Shown here: piece by piece, positions 28,972-38,819 of the stretch
Layout: the number at the start of each line of letters is the position of its first letter
How positions within the stretch are numbered: position 1 is the stretch's first letter
Assembly (NCBI GenBank): GCA_029856045.1
Contig: JAHQWG010000025.1
Location: 32,001-96,000, forward strand
DNA: 64,000 nt
Origin: Promethearchaeia archaeon
GTDB lineage: Archaea > Asgardarchaeota > Lokiarchaeia > Sigyniarchaeales > SOKP01
Reading direction: 5' to 3'
Made by a program: the position numbers and the translations under genes
Notes under the pieces: model-generated
What the model was told of the DNA's origin: nothing
Database searches by the model: none
Seen by the model: only the letters and a program-made list of their open reading frames with translations

Positions 28972-31173
28972 ATGAAAAAAATCAATTTTCCTTTTACGGC
29001 GATAATAGGGCATGAAAAAATGAGAATTGCATTAATTCTCAACGTTATTGATCCTTTTATTGGAGGTGTTCTTTTATCAGGTCATCGTGGTACAGGAAAA
29101 TCTACAGCAGTCCGTTCTCTTATAGATATAATGCCCGAAATCAAAGTTATAAAAGAATGCTCTTTTAATTGTGATCCTGATTCTAATCTTGAAGATTTAT
29201 GTGAGATTTGTCTTGAAAAAGTCAAAAGTAGCAACTTTGAAGTAGAAATAAGACAGATGAAACTTGTTAATCTTCCATTAGGGGCTACAGAGGATATGGT
29301 TTGTGGAAGCTTGGACATAGAACGAGTCTTAGCGGAAGGAATAAGAAGCCTTCATGCTGGTTTATTAGCAAAAGCACATAGAGGGATTTTATATATAGAT
29401 GAGGTAAATCTTTTACAAGATCATATAGTAGATACGCTATTGGATGCTTCTGCATCAGGGGTAAACATCATTGAGAGAGAAGGAATTTCAGTAATGCATC
29501 CTTCAAGATTTATTTTAGTTGGTTCAATGAATCCAGACGAGGGAGATTTACGACCCCAGATTGCAGATCGTTTTGGTTTAGAAGTAAAAATTGTAGCACC
29601 TTCAGATCCAAAAGTAAGAGCTGAAATTACTAAAAGAGTCATAGATTTTTATGATAATCCGAAAGAATTCATTATACAATATCAAAATAACCAAAAACAA
29701 TTAAAACAGAGAATAATTCAAGCCCGAATGATATTGAAAGATGTAAAAGTTTCTGACCGAATTTTCCAATTTGTATCAGAAGTTGTAAGTGAATTAGGTA
29801 TTTTTTCACAGAGAGCTGATATTTCATTTATTCGGTGTGCTCGAGCAAATGCAGCTTTTAATAATAGAACTTATATTCTAAATGAGGATTTAGAAATTGC
29901 TTTAGATCTTGTTTTTGAGCATAGGATGGAATCAATTGATGCAACAATGACAGCAAAAGAGATAAAAGGCAAAATTATCGATGCTTATGGAAAAATTCAA
30001 GAAGCCTATGAGAACTTAGACGTTTACAAACCAAATGAAGAGACTGAAGGTCCTTTAAAATCCACTGATGAACCACAAGAGCAGTTTAAAAGAAATCCAA
30101 TAGATAAAGATAAAATTAATTTACCAGAAACTAAAGAACAAAAACTTCCTCCTCCAAAAGAAGAGGATAAAAACCATAAATATGATCCTGCAGGTGGTTG
30201 GAAAGTTAAGAGATTGCCATCTAAGGAATTTTATAATAATAGAGAAGATAAACCTATTAATTTGCAAAAATTTGCATATAAATTGGAGGATAAGATAATT
30301 TCAATTTTGAACAACATCAGAAATACTAAGAGAATATCAAATTTTGGTGGTCGAGGCGTAGGAAACAGAACAAGATTTACTTCAAGCAAAAAGGGGCATT
30401 ATAGTTCTTTCCGAAGACCACTAGAATATCCTAGAAATATAGCATTAGATGCTTCTATTAGAAGCTATTTAAAAAATTTGACCTATAATCCTACTAAAAT
30501 TGAATTTCCATTAAAATTAGATAAAACTGATATAATGGAAAAGGTTTTTGAATTTAAAGCACCTTTAGCTTTATTCTTTATTTTAGATGCTTCCGCATCT
30601 ATGTATAGTGTTTTAAAGCAAATGACAAATGTAATCGAGGCACTCCAGAGAGAAGGTTATAAGAAAAAGGATAAAATATGTATTATTATGTTCCGTGGTA
30701 AAGATGCGATTGTACTTCAAAAACCAACTGTCGCATTAAGAAATGCACTTAGTAAAATCAAAAATATTGAAGGTAAATCATATACACCCATGGCTTTTGC
30801 ACTAAATAAATGTTTGGAGATGATAAACATTGAGAAAATGAGAAACCGAAACATTTTTCCTGTCATATTTATTTGTAGCGACTGTGGTGCAAATATCTCT
30901 TATACTCATCCTGATCTAGTTGCTCAAATTGAATCAGACTATAATTTGATTACTAAGGAATTAAAAGATATTGCAAAAATTATAGCAAAAAGAAAAATAA
31001 AAGTGGTAATATTAGAACCCAGAAAATCTTGGGCTACAAAAAATTTGGGAATTCATCCATTTTCCGCAGAAGAAATAAAAAAGAATTTTAGACAATACTG
31101 TAAAGCAGATATTTTTAAATTCAATGAGATTGACCCAACCCAAACAATCCTTAAATTAAAGAGAGTTCTTTGA
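28972..31173 (+). CDS. ChlI/ChlD-like chelatase subunit (AAA+ module, Pro/acidic linker, VWA)
   Basis: FPFTAIIG, GHRGTGKST, NLPLGATED, GLLAKAHRGILYIDEVNLL, MNPDEG, DRFG, and VWA DASAS. Confidence 0.9.
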   Translation: MKKINFPFTAIIGHEKMRIALILNVIDPFIGGVLLSGHRGTGKSTAVRSLIDIMPEIKVIKECSFNCDPDSNLEDLCEICLEKVKSSNFEVEIRQMKLVNLPLGATEDMVCGSLDIERVLAEGIRSLHAGLLAKAHRGILYIDEVNLLQDHIVDTLLDASASGVNIIEREGISVMHPSRFILVGSMNPDEGDLRPQIADRFGLEVKIVAPSDPKVRAEITKRVIDFYDNPKEFIIQYQNNQKQLKQRIIQARMILKDVKVSDRIFQFVSEVVSELGIFSQRADISFIRCARANAAFNNRTYILNEDLEIALDLVFEHRMESIDATMTAKEIKGKIIDAYGKIQEAYENLDVYKPNEETEGPLKSTDEPQEQFKRNPIDKDKINLPETKEQKLPPPKEEDKNHKYDPAGGWKVKRLPSKEFYNNREDKPINLQKFAYKLEDKIISILNNIRNTKRISNFGGRGVGNRTRFTSSKKGHYSSFRRPLEYPRNIALDASIRSYLKNLTYNPTKIEFPLKLDKTDIMEKVFEFKAPLALFFILDASASMYSVLKQMTNVIEALQREGYKKKDKICIIMFRGKDAIVLQKPTVALRNALSKIKNIEGKSYTPMAFALNKCLEMINIEKMRNRNIFPVIFICSDCGANISYTHPDLVAQIESDYNLITKELKDIAKIIAKRKIKVVILEPRKSWATKNLGIHPFSAEEIKKNFRQYCKADIFKFNEIDPTQTILKLKRVL

Positions 31174-31194
31174 TCAATAATGATTTAAATTTAT

Positions 31195-32442
31195 TTGAAG
31201 ATGATTAATAAAAAAAAGAAAGTTCTTATCTCAGGTTTTAATGCTCGACCTTTATCTAAATCGTTATATAATTCAAATTATGAAGTATATGCTGTAGATT
31301 TTTTTGGAGATTCAGACTTATTTCCTTATATTAAGGATGCTTTAATTATTACTAAAGAATTGAAAACCAATTTTCAAAAATTAAAATTCATTTACAGTAA
31401 TGTTTTAACGGATTTAACCCTTCAAATGATTGAGAAATATCCCTATTTAGATTATTTAATAATAGCAAGTGGTTTAGACGATAATATTATTGGGCGAGAA
31501 AAAATTTTTAAGAAAATTAAGAAATTAAATCATCCAATTCGATATTTAGGTAATAATATAAACCAAATTATAAAGGCAAGAGATATCTTAAGTATTAATT
31601 TAATTTTAGAACAAATGGGATACAAAGTTCCTAAGACTTTAACTTTTAATTGTGATTTAATTGATAATAATCTAATAAATTATCCAATTATTTTGAAAAA
31701 AAAACAAAGCTCTGGCGGTTTAAATATTTTTAAAATTAATTCTAAAGCTCATTTATTAAGTATTGTTAAAAATAATGAAGAATTTGATGAAAATTCTGAA
31801 AATTGGTTATTTCAAGAGTACATAGATGGAATTGATGTTAGTTGCACGACGATCAGCAATGAAGTTGATGCAAAAATTATTTCAATAAATGAGCAGTTAA
31901 TTGGAAAAGAATTTTTAAATGCACCAAGTGAATTTATATATTGTGGTAACATTGTTCCTGCAGATCTTAATTTTTCTCTTCAGAATAAAATTTCAGAAAT
32001 TTCATTAAAATTAGTTAAACATCTTAACCTAATTGGAATAAATGGGTTTGATTTTGTATTAAAAAATGGATGCCCATATTTAATGGAAATAAATCCTAGA
32101 ATCCCAGGTTCGATAAATGCAGCAGAAGTTGCACTGAAAAGAAATTTAATTGATGAACATATTAATTGCTGCTTAAATCCAGATAAAGAAATTATAATTT
32201 CAAATCTAGATATTAATACTAATTTTGTCTCAAAATTTATTTATTTCGCTCCAAAGTTGATTTCTTATCACAAAATTGAGAAGTTAAAGCAAATTATTAA
32301 TGTGGAAGATATTCCAGCGCCAGGTAGAGATATTCAACCATTTGAACCATTATGTTCTATTTTATATAAAGCAGATAACTACTCAAAAGCATATAAGGGA
32401 GCATTGAGTATAGTAGAATCGATAGAATTACTGATAAAATAA
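31195..32442 (+). CDS. ATP-grasp fold ligase (COG2232-like archaeal type)
   Basis: RPLSKS, AVDFFGDSDL, KKKQSSGG, QEYIDG, NGFDF, MEINPRIPGS. Confidence 0.82.
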   Translation: MKMINKKKKVLISGFNARPLSKSLYNSNYEVYAVDFFGDSDLFPYIKDALIITKELKTNFQKLKFIYSNVLTDLTLQMIEKYPYLDYLIIASGLDDNIIGREKIFKKIKKLNHPIRYLGNNINQIIKARDILSINLILEQMGYKVPKTLTFNCDLIDNNLINYPIILKKKQSSGGLNIFKINSKAHLLSIVKNNEEFDENSENWLFQEYIDGIDVSCTTISNEVDAKIISINEQLIGKEFLNAPSEFIYCGNIVPADLNFSLQNKISEISLKLVKHLNLIGINGFDFVLKNGCPYLMEINPRIPGSINAAEVALKRNLIDEHINCCLNPDKEIIISNLDINTNFVSKFIYFAPKLISYHKIEKLKQIINVEDIPAPGRDIQPFEPLCSILYKADNYSKAYKGALSIVESIELLIK

Positions 32443-32448
32443 AAGTTT

Positions 32449-33186
32449 TTATTTATTTTCCTTGATTATTTCTTTTATTCTAGCTATATATTTACCAATT
32501 TGATCTTCTCTCCTATCTGGAATTGCTACACATAATATTCTATTATCATCAATCTGATGCACTATAATAGAACCATCTTCACTAGTAAGAATTGAATATA
32601 CAACAGTCTTTTTCAACAATACATCTGTAAGATTAAATAAAGCCGATGTAATCGCAGAGATCATAGGATCAGGCATAACTGATTGAATCTTTACAGGTAA
32701 TCCAGATCTTGTAATTATTGCTATTGATATTGCCGTTGGAATTGCTCTTTTTATCTCAACGAATATATCTTTTTTAATATATTCCGAGGTTTCGATAAAA
32801 GCAGAAACTTTAATTGCAAAATCCGTTATTTTTTTCTGATATAAACCGATTCCTTCCAATTCTGCTAATTCTCTATCTAAGAACACAGAAACGTTGATAT
32901 TATTAGCTAAGACATTTATTAATATTTCATTTTTGGCAACGGTTGTGTGATATTTTACTTTTTGGTTTAATAATTGCTTTGAAATATTTGAAGATAAAAA
33001 CATTAAACTGCTTGAAGCAGCAACTACTTCATTCGCTGATAATTTAATATCTTTTTTAAAATTAGTACTTATTATCTGACCTGTCTCCGTACCTATACTA
33101 ATACCAAGAATTGCTGAATTTTCATCCATCTCTTTTAAAATAAGGTCGTCAATTTCGCCAAGAAATTCTTTTGATTTAGAACCCAT
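32449..33186 (-). CDS. Tandem roadblock/LC7 domain protein
   Basis: Two ~120-aa units: ILGISIGTETGQIIST...VAASSSLM and AISIAIITRSGLPV...ISAITSALF. Confidence 0.78.
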   Translation of the reverse strand: MGSKSKEFLGEIDDLILKEMDENSAILGISIGTETGQIISTNFKKDIKLSANEVVAASSSLMFLSSNISKQLLNQKVKYHTTVAKNEILINVLANNINVSVFLDRELAELEGIGLYQKKITDFAIKVSAFIETSEYIKKDIFVEIKRAIPTAISIAIITRSGLPVKIQSVMPDPMISAITSALFNLTDVLLKKTVVYSILTSEDGSIIVHQIDDNRILCVAIPDRREDQIGKYIARIKEIIKENK

Positions 33187-33364
33187 GATTTTATCATAAT
33201 AATAGAGTTATATAAATCTTAGTTCTTTTATAGATAAATGATATTCTTAAAAAATGAGATTGTTGTTAACTAATGTTTAAATTGAAATACTACAATTTAT
33301 ATTATTATTTTATATTGCAATTATTAGAATATATAATTTGAACTTAGATTTGGGTTAAATAAAT

Positions 33365-34246
33365 ATGAGCAATTCTGAAATTGAAGATTTAAAACAAAAA
33401 CTTGCAGAAAAGGAAAAAGAGCTTGAAGAATTAAGGAAAACTTACAAGGAATATAAAGAGATAAGTGATTCACTCTCTGAACAGATTAAATTAAAAGATA
33501 ATCAAATCAATACTATCAGTACGACTATTAAAACCAAGGATGATTTAATAAAAACTATAAAAGATTCAATTGAATTAAAAAATTCTCAGATTGATGTATT
33601 GCAAAAAACAGTTGAAACAAAAAATAAAACGATAAATGATTTGTCTCAGCAATTAGATTCAACAATTAATGAGAGTGTTTCAAAAGAAAATGATAAAAAG
33701 ATCGCAGAATTAGAAAATGAATTAGGTAAATTAAATGAAGAATTGGCTACAACCGATGATGAAATAGAACGATTAAGTAATGAACTTGAAAATATGCAGT
33801 CTAAAGCAAGTATAACAAAAGATCTGTTCATCGATTTTACAGATATTGAAATAAATAGAGATGAAATTATAAAAAAAATGAAAGAAATATTATTAAATGC
33901 TTTACATTCAGTTTCAATTTCAAGTCCGTCAATTTCAGATCTGCAAGATTTAGATTTATATGAAGTGAAATCCTCAGTAAATATGAGGATAAGCTGTTTA
34001 ATAGATCCAAGCGTCGAAGAACATATTGACCTTTTAGAAGAGTTTGAAAGCCTTGATAATGTCAATATAAGAAGTTATGAACGTGAAGATCGGTGGCTTA
34101 TTTTTAGAGATGGAGAGGAATTATTTTTTTGCGCTGTTGGGACTAAACCTAATAATTATTTAGCTTTTTATACAAAAGATTCTGCTCATATTACATTGTT
34201 TAACAGTTTAATAATGGAAACTTGGCTAAGATCAAGAAAAATTTAG
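33365..34246 (+). CDS. Coiled-coil protein with C-terminal TrmB-middle/PLD-like domain
   Basis: ~150 aa of heptads, then ALHSVSISSP...NMRISCLID...NIRSY...LIFRDGEELFF. Confidence 0.65.
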   Translation: MSNSEIEDLKQKLAEKEKELEELRKTYKEYKEISDSLSEQIKLKDNQINTISTTIKTKDDLIKTIKDSIELKNSQIDVLQKTVETKNKTINDLSQQLDSTINESVSKENDKKIAELENELGKLNEELATTDDEIERLSNELENMQSKASITKDLFIDFTDIEINRDEIIKKMKEILLNALHSVSISSPSISDLQDLDLYEVKSSVNMRISCLIDPSVEEHIDLLEEFESLDNVNIRSYEREDRWLIFRDGEELFFCAVGTKPNNYLAFYTKDSAHITLFNSLIMETWLRSRKI

Positions 34247-34270
34247 ATTCGAAGTAGTATATATTTCATG

Positions 34271-35284
34271 TTAAGTATTTAACAATTTTTTTTTCCATTC
34301 TTCAGCTTTTTTCTTAATACTGTTTTTAAATTCAACAGTAAGTTCTCCTTTTTTTCGATTTACATTTGAAGCAACTTTTATCATATCAAATAATACTTTA
34401 TGAAATTGAACAAATGTCTTTAATAAATCAGATGTTAATTTAATTATTGAGCCTAACTGTTGGTGATTCTCAGATAAATCAATATCTATCATTAAATTAT
34501 GAAATATATCGTCCGTATTTTGCATATTTAAAATTTTCTCTGGCATTTTCTTTAATGGTTCTTTAATTTTTTTTACCTGTTCCAATTTGGGAGATAAACT
34601 TTCATCAGCTACAGTTTTAATTGGTATTTCTGCAATCTCTGGTTTTAAAGGCTTCTTTTTAATCTGGGTTGCGGATTTTGAATTTGGTTTCATCTCTTCT
34701 AATGGAGTTGCTTGAGGTTTAATTTCTTGTTGTGACTTAGAAGAAGTTTTTAATTTAGGTGCTAATTTTGGCACTGGAGTTAGATTTTTATCGGTTGATA
34801 TTGATTGTTTTAATTTCGGCAATGGAGTTAAGATAATATCTGATTCTGGCATACTTTTTGGCGCTGGGATGGGGGCTGGTTGTTCATGGGGTAATACACT
34901 TGGAGTTTTTTTTTTTTTTACAACTTTTTTTTGCATAGCCTTAGGTTTCTCTTCTAACATAGCATCTAATGCATCCAAAGCATCAGTTATATCTTGAGTT
35001 GGTTTTGAATCTTTTTTTTCTATTATAGTAGATTTAATTTCTGGCATATCTGAAACCTTTTGATTCAATTCTGTGATATCTTTTATTAGATCTGACATAC
35101 TTTGCTTATATTCATCACTTTGAATTTGAATTTCACTGATATTATCTAGAGTTTTTTGAATGGAAGTAATCGATTCATAAATCTCATTAAATTTTGATAT
35201 CAAACCTGATGCAACATCATTAAATCTATTTGAAAATTTCTCAAGAATTCCTTTTAATGTTTTTATATTATTATTTTCGGACAT
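34271..35284 (-). CDS. Hypothetical protein: N-terminal coiled coil, Pro/Lys-rich linker, C-terminal helical domain
   Basis: 337-aa ORF; the C-terminal domain aligns with that of 49301-50713. Confidence 0.78.
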   Translation of the reverse strand: MSENNNIKTLKGILEKFSNRFNDVASGLISKFNEIYESITSIQKTLDNISEIQIQSDEYKQSMSDLIKDITELNQKVSDMPEIKSTIIEKKDSKPTQDITDALDALDAMLEEKPKAMQKKVVKKKKTPSVLPHEQPAPIPAPKSMPESDIILTPLPKLKQSISTDKNLTPVPKLAPKLKTSSKSQQEIKPQATPLEEMKPNSKSATQIKKKPLKPEIAEIPIKTVADESLSPKLEQVKKIKEPLKKMPEKILNMQNTDDIFHNLMIDIDLSENHQQLGSIIKLTSDLLKTFVQFHKVLFDMIKVASNVNRKKGELTVEFKNSIKKKAEEWKKKLLNT

Positions 35285-35413
35285 AATTTATTTCACGTTT
35301 TATTATTGATTTTATCCAATTTTCATTATTCTACAAAAAATTTTTTATATTCTATTAATAGATATAAATTGAACTATAAAAATTGATCTTAGAGTAGTTT
35401 ATTTGATATAAAA

Positions 35414-35860
35414 ATGAAGCTAGATAGGAACTTTATTGGTTATGAATTTCAATCAAGTGAAATATCTATCACACGATGGGAAATTGCTCAATTTGCAAAT
35501 GCAATTAGAGATTCTAATCCAATTTATTATAATTTAAATGAAGGAAAAAAGCAGGGTTTTAAGGATATCCCATGTCCACCTACATTTTATACTAAATTTA
35601 CTTTTTCAGGGGAAAAGAATTTTTTTACTACGCTGGGAATTGATTATAAGAAATTATTAGATGGTGGTAGGGAGTATAAATATTATTCTCCATGTGTTGC
35701 GGGAGATATTATTATATATCAAACCAAAGTACAAAGCATCGATGAAAAGGAAAGTAAAAGAGGTAAAATGGATATAGTAATAGCAATTACAACAGGAAAA
35801 AATAAAGAAACTAAAGAAAAATTGTGGGACTCAATATGCACATTAATTGTATTTCATTAG
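35414..35860 (+). CDS. MaoC-like dehydratase, N-terminal-type (HadA-like) hot-dog subunit
   Basis: FANAIRDSNPIY, PCPPTF, LLDGGREY. Confidence 0.88.
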   Translation: MKLDRNFIGYEFQSSEISITRWEIAQFANAIRDSNPIYYNLNEGKKQGFKDIPCPPTFYTKFTFSGEKNFFTTLGIDYKKLLDGGREYKYYSPCVAGDIIIYQTKVQSIDEKESKRGKMDIVIAITTGKNKETKEKLWDSICTLIVFH

Positions 35861-35956
35861 GGAAAGTCTGGACAATGAAGATTTATAATTTAGAAGGTAA
35901 AACTTGAAAAAAAAAAATTGAATTTATATTAATGACATAATTTATAAAGGATTTAT

Positions 35957-36526
35957 ATGATTAAAAATAAAATCAGTCCCGGGATTTATTTATATCCAAT
36001 GCCTATTGTTATAATAGGAGCCAATGTAAAAGGTAAGGCAAACTTTATGACAATTGCATGGTGCAGTATTGTAGAACATAAACCTCCAATGATCTCGATC
36101 TCTGCGAGTAAAACTCATTACACAAATATAGGAATAAATAAGAATCAAACATTTAGTGTAAATATTCCATCTGAGGATATGGTTGAATTAACTGACTATA
36201 TCGGCTTAAAATCAGGTAGAGATATAGATAAATCAAGTTTATTTAATATTTTTTATGGAGAATTACAAACAGCACCTATGATTGAAGAAACACCAATAAA
36301 TCTTGAGTGTAAGTTAGTAAAAACAATTGATATGAATAAAGGGCACGATCTTTTTATCGGAGAAATAGTTCAAGCTTATGCTAATGAAGAATACTTAACA
36401 AATGGGATACCTGATATAAAAAAATTTTTCCCACTTGTATTTTCAATTAATGATAATAATTACTGGAAAGTTGGAGAGCATATTGGTAGAGCTTGGAGCG
36501 TAGGAAAAAAATATAATAGTAAATAG
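35957..36526 (+). CDS. Flavin reductase-like FMN-binding protein
   Basis: YPMPIVIIG, NFMTIAW, FSVNIP, G.KSGRD.DK, LECKL, HDLFIGEIV. Confidence 0.9.
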   Translation: MIKNKISPGIYLYPMPIVIIGANVKGKANFMTIAWCSIVEHKPPMISISASKTHYTNIGINKNQTFSVNIPSEDMVELTDYIGLKSGRDIDKSSLFNIFYGELQTAPMIEETPINLECKLVKTIDMNKGHDLFIGEIVQAYANEEYLTNGIPDIKKFFPLVFSINDNNYWKVGEHIGRAWSVGKKYNSK

Positions 36527-36567
36527 TTAAATGTTAATAAACTTGGAAAAAAAAATAGGTAAAAACA

Positions 36568-36987
36568 TTGAAAAATAAATTAAAGTTTGAAGAAGTTTCG
36601 GAAGGTTTAGAACTTCCAGAAGTTAAGAATGGTCCAATTTATCGACAACAACTGGTAGATTATGCATCAGCATCAGGAGATTATAATAAATTACACTATG
36701 ATGAAGGTTTCGCAAAACAGACTGGAATATCTGGATGTATTGCACATGGAATGCTTGTAATGGCTATGGTTGGAAGCTATCTTACTGACTGGGCAAAGGG
36801 TGGAATTTTAAAAAATTTTAAAATTAGGTTTGTTGGTATGACAAATGAAAATGATACTTTATCATTTACAGGAAAAGTTTTAAAAAAATATAAAGAAAAT
36901 GGCGACAATCTCGTTCAAATTGAAGTTATAAGTAAAACTCAAGATGAAAGAATTACCACCACGGGCTCTGCAATAATTGCCATATGA
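36568..36987 (+). CDS. MaoC-like (R)-specific dehydratase, catalytic (HadB-like) subunit
   Basis: Hydratase-2 motif YASASGDYNKLHYD and IAHGML. Confidence 0.9.
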   Translation: MKNKLKFEEVSEGLELPEVKNGPIYRQQLVDYASASGDYNKLHYDEGFAKQTGISGCIAHGMLVMAMVGSYLTDWAKGGILKNFKIRFVGMTNENDTLSFTGKVLKKYKENGDNLVQIEVISKTQDERITTTGSAIIAI

Positions 36988-37008
36988 TTAAGATGAAGAA
37001 AAAAAAGA

Positions 37009-37851
37009 TTAGATCAATTCGATTGAAACTTCCTCATCAAACTTTAGCATGATTATTTTTATTTCCGGATGATTTTCTTCCATATATTTAAAGAATGGTT
37101 TTAAGTTTACAGTCCAGCTAATTGGAGGGTAAAAATCATCCCAATGTATTGGAATCACAATCTTAGGTTTTAATACATCTATAATAATTCCAGCTTTTTT
37201 TGCAATATGTTTTTTACTATTTCCAGCTAAAGGAGCAAGAAAAATATCACAATTTTCATATTGTTCTAATATTTCCGGAAATTTGTGCCAAAGGCTGCCA
37301 AATGATACTATTTTTTTATTGTTGAAATAAGTACAAAATCCAAAAACTTTTCCTTTTGGAAAACCTTTTCCATAGGGTAATAATCTTTTTATTTGTTTCA
37401 GTACCTTCCATGAAAATAATTTTGATAATAGTGTTCTAGCATCAAACACAATGTGTTCTGATTTTATAGTTTCTACAGTAACTTTTTCATTAATTTTAAT
37501 TCTTTCAAAGTAATCAATAGGTTTTATATTATTCTTTCCTCTATCGGAAAGCGGGAAAGTATGTTCCTCGATAATTTTTCCTTCTGCCCAACTTATCATA
37601 TTCTCCTTAGCTGTTTCTGAGGCATAAACGGGGATATCTAATGTTTCGGCAAAAAAAGCAGCATCTACAGAATGATCAAAATGTCCATGTGTAATAAAAA
37701 TAGCGCTAATATCCTTAATATCCTCTCTTTTAGTTCTTAATATAGGGATTGATTGTTCATTTCGATAAAAAAATGGGTCGAAAAGTATATTCGTACCCTC
37801 AATATCTAAAATAAAACCGGCAGTTCCCAACCAACTAATTTTTGCTATCAT
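37009..37851 (-). CDS. Metallo-beta-lactamase fold hydrolase (UlaG-like)
   Basis: WLGTAG, DPF, THGHFDH, IPIHWD. Confidence 0.88.
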   Translation of the reverse strand: MIAKISWLGTAGFILDIEGTNILFDPFFYRNEQSIPILRTKREDIKDISAIFITHGHFDHSVDAAFFAETLDIPVYASETAKENMISWAEGKIIEEHTFPLSDRGKNNIKPIDYFERIKINEKVTVETIKSEHIVFDARTLLSKLFSWKVLKQIKRLLPYGKGFPKGKVFGFCTYFNNKKIVSFGSLWHKFPEILEQYENCDIFLAPLAGNSKKHIAKKAGIIIDVLKPKIVIPIHWDDFYPPISWTVNLKPFFKYMEENHPEIKIIMLKFDEEVSIELI

Positions 37852-37969
37852 ATACTTTTATTTATTAATTGAAATTTTATTTAATAATAATTTTTTACTT
37901 CTGGTCCTATAAAGTTTTTATGCAAATATTAAAGGAAATTATAATAAAAAGAATTTTTTAAACAAGAAA

Positions 37970-38284
37970 ATTGTTAAGAAAGAAAATGTTATTGTTGTTG
38001 GAGCGGGGATCGGCGGATTGAGTTGTGCTGCTTTATTATCCCACGGAGGACATAAAGTTGTCGTTTTAGAAAAAAATTCTTACATTGATGGTGCTTGTAG
38101 TTCTTATAAAAAACAAGGACATAGTTTTGACCGAGCTGTTCATTTATTTACTGCAGGTTTAAACGATCCCTACGGCATAATTTTAAAAAGATTTGGTCTA
38201 GATAATTTAAAATTTATAAAGGCAATCAATACTAGAACAGCAATGAAAATATATCAGAAAGAAGGTTATTTTTCAATTGATTGA
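37970..38284 (+). pseudogene. N-terminal remnant of a phytoene-dehydrogenase-like FAD oxidoreductase (left boundary approximate)
   Basis: In frame upstream of the called ORF: ENVIVVGAGIGGLSCAALL...VLEKN...GACSS...FDRAVH. No in-frame ATG nearby and a premature TGA at 38284. Confidence 0.8.
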
Positions 38285-38398
38285 ATCAAAAAATAGTCCT
38301 AAGAATTCTTATCCCATGAATATCTTTAGTCCCAATTAACTCAAAACCAAATTTTTTAAAGTTAATTTGAAAATTATAAAAAGAGAAGGGAAAAATTA

Positions 38399-38692
38399 TT
38401 ATAATTTATGATTCTGTAAAAGAATGTTAATTTTTTTAAAAAGAATCATAAAAATCAAAAGAATCAAACCACCTATTGCAAGAATATTTCCTAAAACAAT
38501 TGTATTAAAGACCCAATCAAATGGGTTGGTTAATCTAGCAGTTAACTGATAAAGCAAACTATCTGGAGGCGTTGTTTTTAACTTAAAAATCATGAAAAGT
38601 GATGCCACTTCTATTAAAATGATTCCCAATGTCATTATTCCAAAACTAAAATAAATCAAACTATTAATTATAAAATTTTTAATTGATTTCAT
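38399..38692 (-). CDS. Small two-TM membrane protein lying between the two pseudogene remnants
   Basis: 97 aa with two hydrophobic helices. Confidence 0.6.
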   Translation of the reverse strand: MKSIKNFIINSLIYFSFGIMTLGIILIEVASLFMIFKLKTTPPDSLLYQLTARLTNPFDWVFNTIVLGNILAIGGLILLIFMILFKKINILLQNHKL

Positions 38693-38819
38693 AATTTATT
38701 ATACTCATATTAAAAATTTAATTCTTTTCTAGAATTAATATATGTTTTAAAGCTAATCTAAAAGTTATAAAATAAAAATATAATAAAAAAAATTTGATAA
38801 AAACATTTTTATTCCTAAG

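Noticed and set aside
30054-30060. T-TTA-AAA slippery-like heptamer in the chlD linker (programmed frameshifts are known in some chlD genes)
   Set aside because: The ORF is continuous, such heptamers are frequent at this AT content, and I saw no stimulatory structure.
34906-34919. Long T homopolymer as a possible phase-variation tract
   Set aside because: It encodes a Lys run in frame within a Lys-rich linker, and A/T runs are common throughout the window.
38282-38284. TGA as possible selenocysteine readthrough in the oxidoreductase fragment
   Set aside because: An in-frame TAG follows four codons later and the homology does not continue.
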